This document shows positions 41,430 through 54,681 of a DNA stretch of 60,640 nucleotides, one piece after another; the stretch's first letter is position 1, and every line of letters begins with the position of its first letter. Below the pieces are notes generated by a model. It saw nothing but the letters and a program-made list of their open reading frames with translations, was not told where the DNA came from and did not search any database. Position numbers and translations under genes: made by a program. Source of the stretch: Cystobasidiomycetes sp. EMM_F5 (taxonomy: Eukaryota); the NCBI GenBank assembly GCA_051047955.1, contig JBPGPT010000010.1:496001-556640 (forward strand), written 5' to 3'.

Positions 41430-43640
41430 ATGTCTACTTCGAAGCTGAGCAACGGGTCCGACCATGGTTTCCTGAAAGTCACAGGGGAGCACATCACGTT
41501 ACATGGAAGCCCTGTGCTGTTGAAAGGTGAGGCGATACAGTCATGATTGGGATGACTGGCTTGACAAGTCGCAAATAGGGGCTGGACTAGGAGGCTGGAT
41601 GAACATGGAGAATTTCATTACTGGTAGGTTCAGAACTCATCTAATGCTGCCAATCCAATTACTGACTGATAAAATCGAACCTGCAGGATACCCCGGACAC
41701 GAGTTTCAAATTCGAGCAGCTTTACAAAAGACCCTTGGTCAAGAGAAGTACGAATTCTTCTTCGACAAGGTAGACCTTCTCTGCTGTGGTAGTGGACATG
41801 CCCACGTCTCTCTGACAGCCTCGACCAGTTCCTTGAGCATTTCTTTGGGGAGGACGATGCGAAATTCTACGCCGAATTAGGCATGAACTGCATTCGTCTT
41901 CCAGTAAATTATCGTCACTTTGAAGATGATATGAATCCTCGAGTATTCAAGAAAGCAGGTCTGAAGCATTTAGACAGGGTCATCGACATCGTATGTATCG
42001 AACCATTGAGGAGACTGCTACAAGCTCATGTCGTAACATATGACAGTGCGCGAAATACGGCATTTACTCCGTCATTGATCTCCATGCTGCTCCCGGAGGT
42101 GCGTCAATCAGCGCTATCGAGAGCATGCGCAGCGGCTACTAAATTTTACTTTTGCAGGCCAGAACATCGATTGGCACGCTGATGCAGGTACACGCGCTGC
42201 ACACCGTACACATTGTCGACTTGTGCTGATCCTTGAGGACGGTGACAGGAAATCACCAAGCCCTGTTTTGGGAACACAAAGATTTTCAGGACAGGACGGT
42301 CATCATCTGGGAGCATCTAGCCGAGGTCGGTTCCTCTACAAGTCGTCTGCAGGAAGTGCCGCAAGCTGACTCAACCTTCAGCACTACAAAAACAACACCT
42401 GGGTCGCAGGCTTCAATCCTTTGAATGAACCGACAGATATTCAACACACTCGTCTCACTGCCTTCTACGAGAGGATTGAGAAGGTCATTCGCAAAATCGA
42501 TTCAAACCACATTTTGTTTTTAGAGTGAGTTTCAGATGGTCTGCTTACAAGGGGGCATGCTGCTGATATGCGATACATGTTCGCAGTGGGAAGTGGGTAC
42601 AATTGCAATGTGACAATTTAATCACTTCAATGTCGACTAACTCGATGTCGTACAGCACTTTCGGCGCCGACTTCAGTCGATTCGGTGATCCTCTGCCAAA
42701 CACAGTATATGCTTGCCACGACTATAGCAAGTACGGCTTCCCTAATCCTCCGGAAGAGTTTACCGTTAGTTGAGGATGCAGACTGGGAGCATACTAGCTA
42801 TAGATTATGCTGACACTAAACTCTTCTGCTGACAGGGTTCCGAAGCACAGGTTGCCCATCACGAGCGTTCTTTCAAGCGGAAGGTAGAGTATATGCAAAA
42901 ACACAAAGTGAGTGACGTATCATAGTCGGTCGCGAGCTTCTAGATCGCTAATAGCTTCATGGTGTCTCAAGATTCCCATCTGGAACGGAGAGTTTGGGCC
43001 AGTCTATCAAAACGGCACCGACGGTTTGGAGAATTGGGAACACATCAATGACACTCGATACCATGTCTTGAAGACACAGCTCGACATTTACGCCAAGGCG
43101 AAAGCGTCGTGGTCGATCTGGCTGTACAAGGATATTGGGTTTCAAGGCATGGTCTACGTCTCTAAAGACACGCCGTATATGCAGCGCCTCAAACCTTTCC
43201 TTGAAAAGAAGAAGGCGCTCGCTGCAGACGAGTGGGGCTGTGACGATCTCCCCGTTCGTGAAGTATTTGACCCTCTCGAGAAATGGTTTCTTGCTGCGAC
43301 GCCCAGCTTGTCCAAGCGTTACCCGCAGACATGGAAGCCGGCGACACACATAGGTCGACTCGTACGAAACATCCTTCTCTCTGTAGGTGTTGATGTTTGC
43401 TACTTTGGCACATTGCTAAGCATAACAAACGAGCAGGAGGAACTGGTAGATGAATGGGCATCGTACTTTGAGGGATTGAGCGAGCAAGAACTTGAAGCTC
43501 TTGCCGAGAGTTTCTCTTTCCGTCAGTTGGTGCTCTATTTCAGCAGAATTGCTTGCTAAAAGATGCCCCGCTCTACAGGCAATTGTAGACAACGTACACG
43601 TCTGAATGAGTATTTGACAGCGGACTCGAAGCGAGCATGA
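41430..43640 (+). CDS. Glycoside hydrolase family 5, intracellular, resembling subfamily GH5_22, multi-exon
   Basis: GLGGWMNMENFITGYPGHE, NCIRLPVNYRHFEDD, acid/base LNEP and nucleophile PIWNGEFGP. No signal peptide. TGA at 43638-43640. Confidence 0.9.
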
Positions 43641-43981
43641 TATCCGGATAGAATGCGAATGCGTTTATGCAGTGTGAAGTTTCATACAGCTTACAGAACC
43701 GTAATGCCACAATACTGCATGTAATGTACTTCTGTATATTGCCACCGCTTGCTACAGTACCCCTCGCTCGGGCCGGAAAATCGGCTCTTTTCATACAGGG
43801 AGCTCGGCCCTTTCCTTCGAAACATCACGTATGCATCTGCAACTGCTTTAGCTGTAAGTTAGCGAGCAGCTAGTGTGCGCACTCCATTGAGGCCTTCTGT
43901 CTGTATCGCTGCTCACGATTGGCGTCTGTTCAGCAGCGTCGCTTGTCAGCCCGATGACAGACTGACTTGTCTGCTACGAGG

Positions 43982-46541
43982 ATGTTGCCGCCCAGCGTCC
44001 TACGAACCTGCGACTCATGCCGCTCAAGAAAAGTAAGAGAGCCATGTCGTCTGCCTAGAGCTTGGAAGCAAGCTAAATGCTCCACAGATTCGGTGCATCG
44101 TGCCCCCCAACTCGAACGATCACAGTGCGCCTCTGGCTTGCGCCGCCTGTCTGTCGCGCAATGCAGACTGCCAATGGACGCATGTTTATCAGCGCAAAGC
44201 TGCTCGGTCGCTGTAAGCGGGACATTCAAGTTTGCCTTGCTCGTAGGGATAGCCTTGTTTTGACTGTTCCTAAAGGCGATCTCGCACGCACACCCCGCGC
44301 GGAGACACCCGTCAACATCGGCCAACCACGTCCACTAGTCTCCAGGATCTAACAACATCTATACGGCCTTCGCTGATCTCGCATGGATCTACACAAACTA
44401 TGCCCGAAATCTCACCCAGTACGGATGCTGGCGAGACTAAGCACTTTCTTGATTTTCTTATGCTAGATGGCAGCTCTGCGCCTGCACTACGAAGCGATCA
44501 GTCTATCGCTCCTGATAGCAGGCCTGACGCGCAGATATTCTTGGCCAATCCAGCCGGACTCTCTGCAAACGAGCCGAGTTCTCAACAGGCGCTTGCGGAC
44601 AATGAAGGCGACTTTTCCGGTATGGTAGACTTTGCTTCGTACTTTGGCGCGTTTGCAGGTGTATTCGGCAACGATGTCGCCGACACAAACGCGTTGCCGG
44701 ATGCCGCTCCCGCGGAAAACGCGAATAGTGCAGAGACATCTGGAAATAGTGCGTTCGCGACGCATCTGTCTCCAACTTTCTTGGCATTCAGCCCGGCGGA
44801 AGCTGTAAATATACGACAACCCAGCCTTCCATTGACCACGACAACTGCCGGCAAAATCCATGATTCTCCCACAGCAGCTAATGGACAAATCATTCCCCTG
44901 AAGACCCAAGCGTTTTCGAGTGAGATTCAACAGCAGGCAACGTCGCATTCCCATATAGCTGGATTTACGGGCTTCTATGGCACACTGGCTGCTCCAGATA
45001 TCGCACTCGACGATGTTGCTCCGTGGACGACTTTCAGCTTCATCTTGCAGCACTTTCTGAGCCATATGCACTGTCTGGTTCCTCTTGTTCACAAGCCTTC
45101 ATTTGCACAAGATCTTATGATGGGACGGGCGAAAAGAGATCGGGAATTTCGGGCGCTCGTATTTGGCTTAGTGTCATTGACGATTGGCCAGTCACCCTTG
45201 AGCAAGATGGCTCATATAAGTCGACCAGAGCTGGAAAGGTTACACCGGGACTGCCACAGGGCAAGCATGGTTCTTCTCAACCGCTCGTTTCGGAAGCCAA
45301 CAGTAACGCAGCTTATTGTTCTGATGTCGTCAGTTCTTTTCCCATACGACTATATATGCGCTCACCTACGTCGTCCGCCAGATGCTATTACTACTATGCA
45401 TCCGTAGAGCAGTCGCTCAAGGCTGCTATGATGGTGGCTGAAACCTGTCAAATTATGCATGCTCTGCGTTTGCATGATGAACAAGCATTAGAGTGCATGG
45501 GTCTCAACATTTGCGAAATCGAGATTCGAAGGCGTATCTTTTGGCACATGATGAGCATTGATACGTGAGTTGAGCGTTGAGTTGTCATATGGCGAGTGTG
45601 TATGCTGCCGTCTAACCGAATTCTCCTGGCGTGTTACCTTGTTTCGCAGTACGGAGGCATACCTCAATGACCACCCACTCCATGTACGAGAAGAAGAAGG
45701 CACTCCTCCCTTTCCATCGGAGATCGACGACGAATACATTACTGCGCAAGGTGTCTTTACGCAACCTAGCGGCAAATTGTCGTACCTCTCCGGCTTTGTA
45801 CGCAACGTTAAGATTTTTCCTGTCATCCGCGAAGCCATCGTCCGCAGCCGGTCTCTGCGGAGACGCCTGATCCTTACAGCAGAAGCGAAAGCGGACGCTT
45901 TAAGCTGGCTGAACTCAGCTGAGACCCGCCTGATGGAAGTTACAAATGACCTGCCAGTCGCTTTATGCACTCCTGAACGTCCGCCGGATTCGGATGACAT
46001 TCAAGAGGTTATTCGTGGGATCCAACGGGCAAATATATTCGTCACCGCCATCTCGGCTCGCTTCGCCGTAGTAAGCCGCATATGCTGCGGTGACGTCTGC
46101 GACACTGATTGTTCTGCAGTTTGAGTATCGTATGATGCACGATTCCAACAATACGGACAGCCTGATGAGGCAAAGGGATTCAGCTTCCCGCGAAACATAC
46201 ATTTTGTTATCCAGGTAACTTCGCTGTGTTGTAAATGAATGAGTGGTGAGCCACACTGACCTGCTTTCTTCAGCATCCCGATCGAAGCTCTGGCTAACAA
46301 CGGAGAGAATATGGTGAGTAACGTGAAAGGGGAGGGAATACATCTTTGCTCACGCAATAATATACAGCGAGGCAAAATGAAACGCCTGATAACAACGTTA
46401 TTGAATTGCACAATGACCGTCGGCGCTGCAAACTCACTGAAGGACTGGTGGGAAATGTACAGTAAAATCTCCTTCATTCAATTTGTACCGATGCCTTTGG
46501 ACAGCAGTCTCTTCAGCCGTGAGACCACGCCAATTCGGTGA
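43982..46541 (+). CDS. Zn(II)2Cys6 transcription factor with fungal middle homology region, multi-exon
   Basis: Spliced CDSCRSRKIRC...CAACLSRNADC, plus PLVHKPSF and EIRRRIFW. Confidence 0.88.
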
Positions 46542-46900
46542 TAATCACACAGCACAAAACTCCCAATTCGAGAAGCTTTTCCCCGCACTCCTCTTTTGGT
46601 CTGTTGAGTGCCATTCGTATTTGTAACAATGTAGCATAGCATGTCAGCTGTAGGAAAGACTGTGCAAGCATAGCGAAGGATCGTCCGCTTTTTCCTCATC
46701 GGGTTTGCGGCCTAGATCACAACCCCTCCGCCGGATCCACGTGACGTCTGTCGGCGCGGCCTTGTCTCCGCCCGACACTTTAAATTTGCCAACCCCTCGT
46801 CCCCTCACAAAGACCCCGACCTCTACACCGGAAAGTCTCAAGTCTACATCCCAGCTACTGTAGTGCACATTACGACGGTCTCTATTGGCAGATTCGACAG

Positions 46901-49852
46901 ATGACTTCTACCGAGAAATACCAGCGTCTCGATGTCGAAGACGTAATAGCGAAGCTCAAGCTAAGCGACAAGGTTGCTCTGCTATCCGGGACAGATAATT
47001 GGCACACCTACGCCGTTCCTAGTCTGCGAATTCCGCCTGTGCGAGTTAGCGACGGCCGTACGTTCCGCCGTCCCGCAAACGGATACCCGCGTTCCAGTAC
47101 CACTGTCTGATTCATTGCCTGACAATGTGCAGCCAACGGCATACGTGGCATCACATTCTTTAATGGAACAAAGTCCAACTGCTTTCCAGTTCGTCCTGGT
47201 TTGCTTTTACTCGTGAGCATAGAGAAATTTGACTATTTTCCACAGTGTGCAACTGGACTGGCGGCTAGTTTTAACGTAGAACTCATAGAGAGGGTTGGCG
47301 TGCAGATGGCCGAAGAGTGTCGCGCTAAGGGTGCTCATGTGTGGCTCGGTCCTACTCTGAATGTTCAACGTTCTCCACTCGGAGGTCGCGGATTCGAGTC
47401 CTATTCAGAAGATCCGCTTCTTAGCGGTAGAATGGCTGCAGCAATAGTACGTGGCGTTCAGTCTCAAGGCGTTACAGCCTCGCCCAAACATTTCGTATGC
47501 AACGAACAAGAACGAGACCGAATGAGCAGCTCCTCTGAATTATCCGATCGCGCTCTACGAGAGATATACCTGAAGGCGTTCCAGGTTCTGATAAAGGAAG
47601 GACAACCTGGTGCTCTCATGACCGGGTAGGTTGTTCGACTCGCTTGAGCTGTACACCGAGTCCTGAAGAAATCCCATAGGTATAACAAGGTCAACGGCAC
47701 GCACTGCTCGGAAAGTGAATATCTTCTGAAGACTATCTTGAGAGACGAATGGGGCTTCGATGGCATGATAATGAGTGATTGGTTCGGAACCTATTCAACG
47801 GCAGAGGCTTTACGTGCTGGCTTAGATCTCGAGATGCCGGGTCCTTCTATGCTTCGTGGAACTCCGTTACTGCGTTACCTAGCCGGCAACAAGATCCGCG
47901 AATCTGAACTTACCCCTCGCTTGAAGAAGGTAAGGCCCGTGAATCGAGCGCCTGCGGACCATGCAGGCATCACTTACAATCATGTTGTAGATTCTTGGCG
48001 TCGTCAATACTGCCATCGCTTCGAAAATTGAGTTCTACAAGAAAGAAGAAGCAGTCGACAACGAGCAATCCAGGAAGCTTTTGCTTGAGGCTGCCCGGGA
48101 AGCGGTTGTCTTGATCAAGAATCATGATAACGTGCTGCCACTCCCTATCAAGAAGCATCAGAAAATCGCCGTCATCGGTTCAAATGCTCAATTTGCGAAT
48201 ATTAGCGGCGGAGGTTCCGCATCAATGAAACCCACTTATGCCGTAACACCACTACAAGGTGTAAAACAAGTAGCTGCTGATTCCGAGATGGATGTCACTT
48301 ACGAACCCGGCGTCCAAACGCACTTGTACCAGCCGCTCCTGGATCCGTGGGTAGAGGGCGCTTTCCATATCGACTTCTTCTTGACAGACCCTGCTGCCAA
48401 CAAGACCGTTCAACCTGTCTGGAGCCTGGACTATGATACGTCCATAGCCCTAATGGTGCGTGTTCGGCGTGTCACATACTGCGTGACTGCTCAAATGCAA
48501 TGTGCAGGGCGATGGTCTGCCTCGAGACATTGTTCCACGGCGATGCTATGTACGGATGAATTGCACCATGATTCCGGATCATACTGGTTTGTGGGAATTT
48601 GGTTTGAGCGTAGCGTAGGTCACCTTGATTTCGTTGTTCGGCATTTGACATCTGCTAACCAACCATCTCTTATGCTAGTGGAAAGGGAGACCTTTATATT
48701 AATGATGAAAAGGTCATTGATAACTCTGAGAAACAGACACCTGGGGAGCTCTTCTTTAATACAGCCACTGTCGAGGAGAAGGCGAAAATACAATTAGAGA
48801 AAGGCCGTGCATATCGTCTTCGGCTGGAATGGCGCAATGTTCACCTGGGTGCCGAGTCTGATTTTGGAGGATACCGCATTGGTGCAGCGCCGGTCCTCGA
48901 AGTGGAACCTTCAATTCAGAATGCCGTAGATCTGGCAAAGCGAAGTGATGCAGTCATTGTGATTGTGGGAACAAATGCGGAATACGAGTGCGAAGGGTGT
49001 GAGTCATCGCCATTTTGAACAGTATAAGTGTGCAACTGAAACGCTAGATTAGACGACCGCAAGACATTAGCCTTGCCCCCACACGTCGACGAAATGGTTG
49101 ACCGAGTATTGAAGGCCAACGACAACAGTATTGTCGTAGTACAATCTGGGATGCAATGTCTGATGCCGTGGTCACAGCAAGCCAAAGGCATCGTGCAAGC
49201 ATTCTTTGGCGGTTGCGAGCTGGGTACTGCGCTAGCCGACATTATTTTCGGGGTAGTGAGCCCAACGGCTAAACTCCCTCTGACATTCCCTTTGAGAATC
49301 GAGGACGTGCCGTCCCATCCGCATTTCCCAGGCAAGAACAACAGAGTAATCTACAACGAGGATGTCTTTGTCGGTTATCGAAATGCTGAATCAACTGTAC
49401 CTCGACAACCAATCCTTGCCTGCTTTGGCCACGGCTTATCGTATACCACGTTCGAATTGGACAAGCCGTCATTGGATGCTATTATCGACCCTAAGGCCCA
49501 GTCCGTACAAATTGCTATCGATGTTGGAGTAAGTAATACGGGTCACCGTTCTGGTTCGGAGGTTATACAAGCATACGTGCAAGCTCCAGAGTCTCGCCTG
49601 CCACGACCACGTTTGGTGTTGGCATCGTTCTCCAAGCTGGCCCTGCATGCTGGCCAAACGAAAACTGCAGTCCTCTCATTCGATCGCGATATCTGCAGTT
49701 ACTGGGACGAAATGGCAGAATGTGATGGTCGTCTGGGTGCTTGGGTTGTGGAAGCGGGAAAGTACGCTGTTCATATAGGAACCTCTGTACGAGACTTGCC
49801 TCACATCGTTACATTTGTCATTGAACGAGGCTTCATGTGGCGAGGCATGTAG
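46901..49852 (+). CDS. Glycoside hydrolase family 3 beta-glucosidase-like, intracellular, PA14-type insert and FnIII domain, multi-exon
   Basis: VSDGPNGIRG, GGRGFESYSEDP, KHFVCNEQE, nucleophile MSDW, GLDLEMPGP and FGHGLSYTTF. No signal peptide. Confidence 0.93.
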
Positions 49853-49982
49853 ATCCTAATAGTAAAGTCAGGCATAGCCAGCATACTATTCAGAGGATAC
49901 TACATAACCTACGGACACGAATAGCGCTGTTATTTTGTTCGCGGCTGGCAAATGCTGTATAGTCTATGCGCAGGCCGTCCAG

Positions 49983-51793
49983 CTACGATGCTTCCTTCTC
50001 TTGGAGCTGTTTCCTCGCTGATTTGTCGTCGCGTATCCGCTCAACAGCCACAAAGACTGCGATACCGGCGAAGTTTATGAAGAGAATGGCCACAAGAACA
50101 CCATAGAATAGACCAAGTGATGATTGAGTGCGAGTACCGTAAAACAACACCTTGTAAGCCTCGACTGTATTGTAGAATGGCAACGCGCGCATCCTGTAGC
50201 CGTTTGACTTATGTCAGCGTTGCTTGAGTCCGTACATGATGACGTACCATCTGTAGAAGACATGCATGACTTCTATCGGCTGAAAAGAGGACGTGATATT
50301 CAAAATAACCCAGCAGATTCTGCAGAAGTTGTGAGCATAACTTCCTGTATAATTTTCTTTCGGAGCTCACAAGAAGAACGGAATATACTGTAAACAGACA
50401 GTCAGATTGGTGTTAAAGTCGATTATGGTCATAATTCGCACCTGGGATGTCAAGAGGGCCATCATACTCTCCAGCGCCAGGCCCACACAGCAGAGACATA
50501 GATAATTTAGCAGCCATAGCATCACGAAACCTGACTGCGAGTTGAACACGCCGTCTGTGGGTATTTGAAACGCTACAAAGAGCCTGAGCGTTTGGTACCA
50601 TTCAGCAACTGTCGTAGCCGATGCTGCAACTGCATACTACTCACAGGCTGAACATCAGGGACACAAATACATAGAAGAACATCGGCAAGCCGATGCGCCA
50701 GAGTACGAGCCATGGGTATTGAACCTTCTGGTTCCAACCGGTCTTGTCGCGACCCGCATTAAACCAGGTCGCCATTTCGAAACTCTGGTGTCAAGATAGG
50801 AATTTCAGCTGATAAGCGAGCAGCGCAGTAACCTTGCTCGACTGACCAAAATAAGCAGGTATATCAACCCAGCTTCGAACGGTGCGGCGGCACTCCACTG
50901 GTTGATGGGTGCAACCTGCGATGTGGGCAGAGGTCTCAGTCAGCGTCAACGTCAACGCCTGGTCCCATATTAGGCGACACCACTTACATCTTCCGAAAAG
51001 AAGCTAAAGGGCGTAGCGAGCGCTTGAGGAACGGTAGCTGCAAGAGCTAGGGCAGTGGTATTTGAGGCATTCGCTGTAAGCCACGACTGCAGAGCCTGGG
51101 ATGAAGCTTGACGCGTTGCGGATCCAGCTACTCTCTGCATGAATGGTAACAGATACAGAAGGGTAATCTGTGGCAATGAATTGGGTTAGGACTTGAATAC
51201 GATGTTACATCAAAGGACAAAAGTTGCGTACTTGGTAAAATCTGGCTCCTGACAAGAAGATGCCGACGCAACCGGTGGGATCATACGATGTATTGCCGAC
51301 TTGCAAGGAAGTAATCCATGTACTAGTGCAATTGGAATAGGTGACGATCGCACCCCAGTAATGCGATAACTTCACAGCGTCTTTAACCTGACTTGGACCA
51401 CCAGGAAACGCAGAAGCCGGCAGATTTATACTCCCAAGATGAGGGTTCATTGGCGAGTCATTCATTTCTTGAAGTATCTGAATCACAGCAGGTCCCACAA
51501 CGGCTGCATTCAGGGAAAGTTAGAAGATTCTGCATTCCGACAGCTTCATTGGACACACCATCGTCGAAGTTTACTGATAGAATAGTAAGACGATGAAAGT
51601 AGTTGAGCAAGAGCAGGTTGCTTCCCCAGAAGATTGGCAGCGCAATCCAAAGTATCGCGGTAATGAGAATGATTCCAGGCAGCCATGACTTTAAAGTATC
51701 CTTCCGCTCTTTGGCGAGCGACGCATGCCAGAAAGGACGCTGATTAGAGCTCAGTTGAGCTTTGGCGACAGCGGCACTGTCTCCGGAAGTCAT
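49983..51793 (-). CDS. SNG1/DUF3533 family multi-pass membrane protein (copy A), multi-exon
   Basis: LPIFWGS...LTILSVNFD, YWGAIV, YDPTG, GFVMLWLLNYL...GLALESM, PFFL..WIILN and YRMRALPFYNTVE. Confidence 0.75.
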
Positions 51794-51987
51794 AATGCTT
51801 TCATGAGAGTAACAACAGAGCGAAGAAACTTCGTCTTCATACCATGCTGGCACCTGTCTGTCGATTTGAGATTTTGAAACGAGGATCGGCAGTCGATGAC
51901 AGCTTTGCTGCTCAGGAATTTCTTTCGCCTCATGAGCTGATGACTACAGCTTCCTGCGACGACCTCATTGCCTGAGCAGTCGCCCAC

Positions 51988-53785
51988 ATGTATAACCTGT
52001 TTGCGTCTACGTCGCCTGACGGCAAGCCGCGATATCCCCCATTCCATGACGCTCTGCGTAGCGAAAGAAGGACTATCTTTAAACTCGCTCTCATCAATTT
52101 AGGTCTGGTGATTGTTTTCATGTGGACATTTGTAGCTTTATGTCAGCTAAGCTATTCGCCTGCGCTGCAAAGGATTTACGCTGATTCTGCCACCGTGGAT
52201 CCTCCAGATTTTGGCTCATATTATCGACAGACCCAGAATGCCAATCGATTGACCGTACGAATACTAGACTTGGACTCGGAGTACAGTGCCGCAAATCCTA
52301 CTGCTTCGGTCGCTGTTCTTGGCCCTGCCGTCAGAGCAGCAGCGCTTCAAAGTGAGTCACGAATGTTGGAAACGCAGACTATATTTGTTCTGAATCGAGC
52401 GGGCTTACTGTTCAGATGCGCGAGAATATCCTGACTTCCACCTTGGCTGGCAGATACCAGAAGTGGGAGGCGAAGAGCTGGGGCAATTGAAGTTGCAAGA
52501 AGGCGGCCAGGGAATTAATGCGTCTCAGTACGCAATGAATCTCGTGCTGGATCAAACCGTCTTTGCTGTGATCGTCATCAATCCGAACGCTACACGTCTT
52601 GCTACAGCTGCTGCACTCACTGGCAACATGGCCTATGACAACCGGGGCGCTATCAGTTTCTTCTACGAAGAAGGTTGGTCAGGCAGGATGGTTGGATGCT
52701 GTCTGTTCTGACTGCTCCTATGGGCCCATACAGCTAGAAATTTCTACTCTACTAATCAGTACGTCGTGCGCTTCAGCACGACCGTCATTGAGCACGCAAT
52801 TGCGCAAGCAGCAATTTTGCTGGCCTCGGAAACTTTACAGCGTGCAGTTACCAGCACAAACTCCTCAGTCATAAGCACCGCTGCTGCTGGAAAAGCTCTG
52901 TCTTATCCTTTCTACTATTCAGAGTGGAACTTGAGACCTTTCGACCAACTTGCTGCAGAAGCAGCCACGACTGCCGGACAGATATGTCAGTCAAGCATTA
53001 CGCATGCTTCTACTTCAAGAATGAGGAAGCTAATCCTTCCGACTGCAGATCTGATTATATTTACCTTCTTTGCATCACCCTTGTGGAAGCAAGCCTTTGA
53101 ACCCCTACGGCCCAAACTCACTTATTCGAGTCAAATGATTTTGCAGCTAGCCGTCCCAATTCTCTCATACTTCTGGATATCTTTTAACTATTCGCTAGTG
53201 ACTCTGGCTTTCAAGACCGACTTCCGCAGACTCTTTGGCGTAGGCGGTTGGCCACTTTTTTGGCTGAACAATTGGGTTTGTGGGTGCAGCGATCTGCGTT
53301 TATATGCGGCATAGCTGAATCATTCATCAGCCATGACGGCGCTAGGTTTGGTCATGGAGACAATGCTACGCCTGCTTGGACCACTGTTCTTCCCTTTTTT
53401 CCTCTTGGCATGGGTCATCTGGAATGTTTCAGTTGCCTTCCTGGACATCGCGGATGAAGCACACTTTTACAGCTACGGCTTCGCATTCCCTGTCTGGAAC
53501 TCCATTGATGCGTCCAAAGCGATCATTTTCGCTACAAAAAACCACCTACTGCAAAATTTTATGGTCAACTTTGGCTGGTATGTGTGTGTGACAACCGGTG
53601 ATGTTGCGTATCAGCTCAGTTGCAGGCTATGCAGGGTAATTGGAGGAAGTATTGCTCTGCTGCTGGTTGTCTCGGTGCAACGTCGCAATGAGGAACTCCA
53701 GAATATCAGGAAACGCGTAGAAACTATCGAGAAGGAAAATTCTGCTCGTCCGGATTCTCACAGCAGCCAGGTCACAGCTACTTGA
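51988..53785 (+). CDS. SNG1/DUF3533 family multi-pass membrane protein (copy B), multi-exon
   Basis: FGSYYRQ...LTVRILDLD, VFAVIVINPNAT, YDNRGAISFFYEE, FWLNNW, GLVMETM, PFFLLAWVIWNVS and FYSYGFAFP. Confidence 0.75.
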
Positions 53786-54681
53786 GCAAAGAGCAAGCTC
53801 AAATGAGTTCCATCAGGCAGCAGCGGCGCATTGTGACTATCACAATCTTGAACGGCGCCGTCTTCTTTCTTTGTCTTGGCTGTGGCGCAATGCAGACAGA
53901 CAAAGGACAATGATCATCAATGTAAGCCTGCGCGGATGCTGTAAGCGCGTGCGCGGGTCGCCACTGCTCGCCTGTAGTGTGCAACTGTTTTCGTGGGAAG
54001 CCACACGCAAACTTCGCAGACTGAGACATATCCATCAATCAACGCCAACAATGATGTACCTATGCGAGATCCAGCACATTTTCAACTTCCCCATACTGAA
54101 TGGCTCCTTGGCATTCGGTCTACCATCGTCCGGCCGATCAGGTCTACTTATGCCTAAGGCGTGAACTTCCCTGGTGAACCCATTGGATTTCTCCGCAACC
54201 GCACCCAGTACTCAACAGGCTCGCAAACAAGAAGGCAATTTTGTTTTGGCATGGTTGACTTTGCTTTGTATTTCAGCGCGTTTGCAAAACTGGTCGGACC
54301 GCCAACGCGTTGCGGTGGTGCACAAAATGCGCTGCCGGATACCGCTGTCGCGGAGCACGCAAATAGTGCGGTGACGAAGCAGTGCATTAGCAACTTATCT
54401 ACTCCGTCAGTATCGGCAGACGGTATCTGCCGCCGTTTTGACCTTGATTGGCTGCAACGCTATCCAAACTATATATGTCACCATATGACAAAGTTACAAT
54501 AATTCCAACAAGCATGAAAAGCACTTCACTGAATACTTGATCAATTTAACACAACCCTGTTTGACCGTCTTCATTGCCTCTTGAGGATGTGAAGCCGGCT
54601 GTCGTTCTCGCTCTTGTCGCCCAGGAAACTGTTTCCCAACCAGCTGCAACTGTCTTTGATGTCGAAGAGCCAAGCCGGCGG

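Noticed and set aside
100..53591. Numerous antisense and alternate-frame ORFs in the track (e.g. 8722-9264, 14092-14661, 20993-21340, 44487-45092)
   Set aside because: They overlap well-supported genes or their UTRs and show no recognisable motifs.
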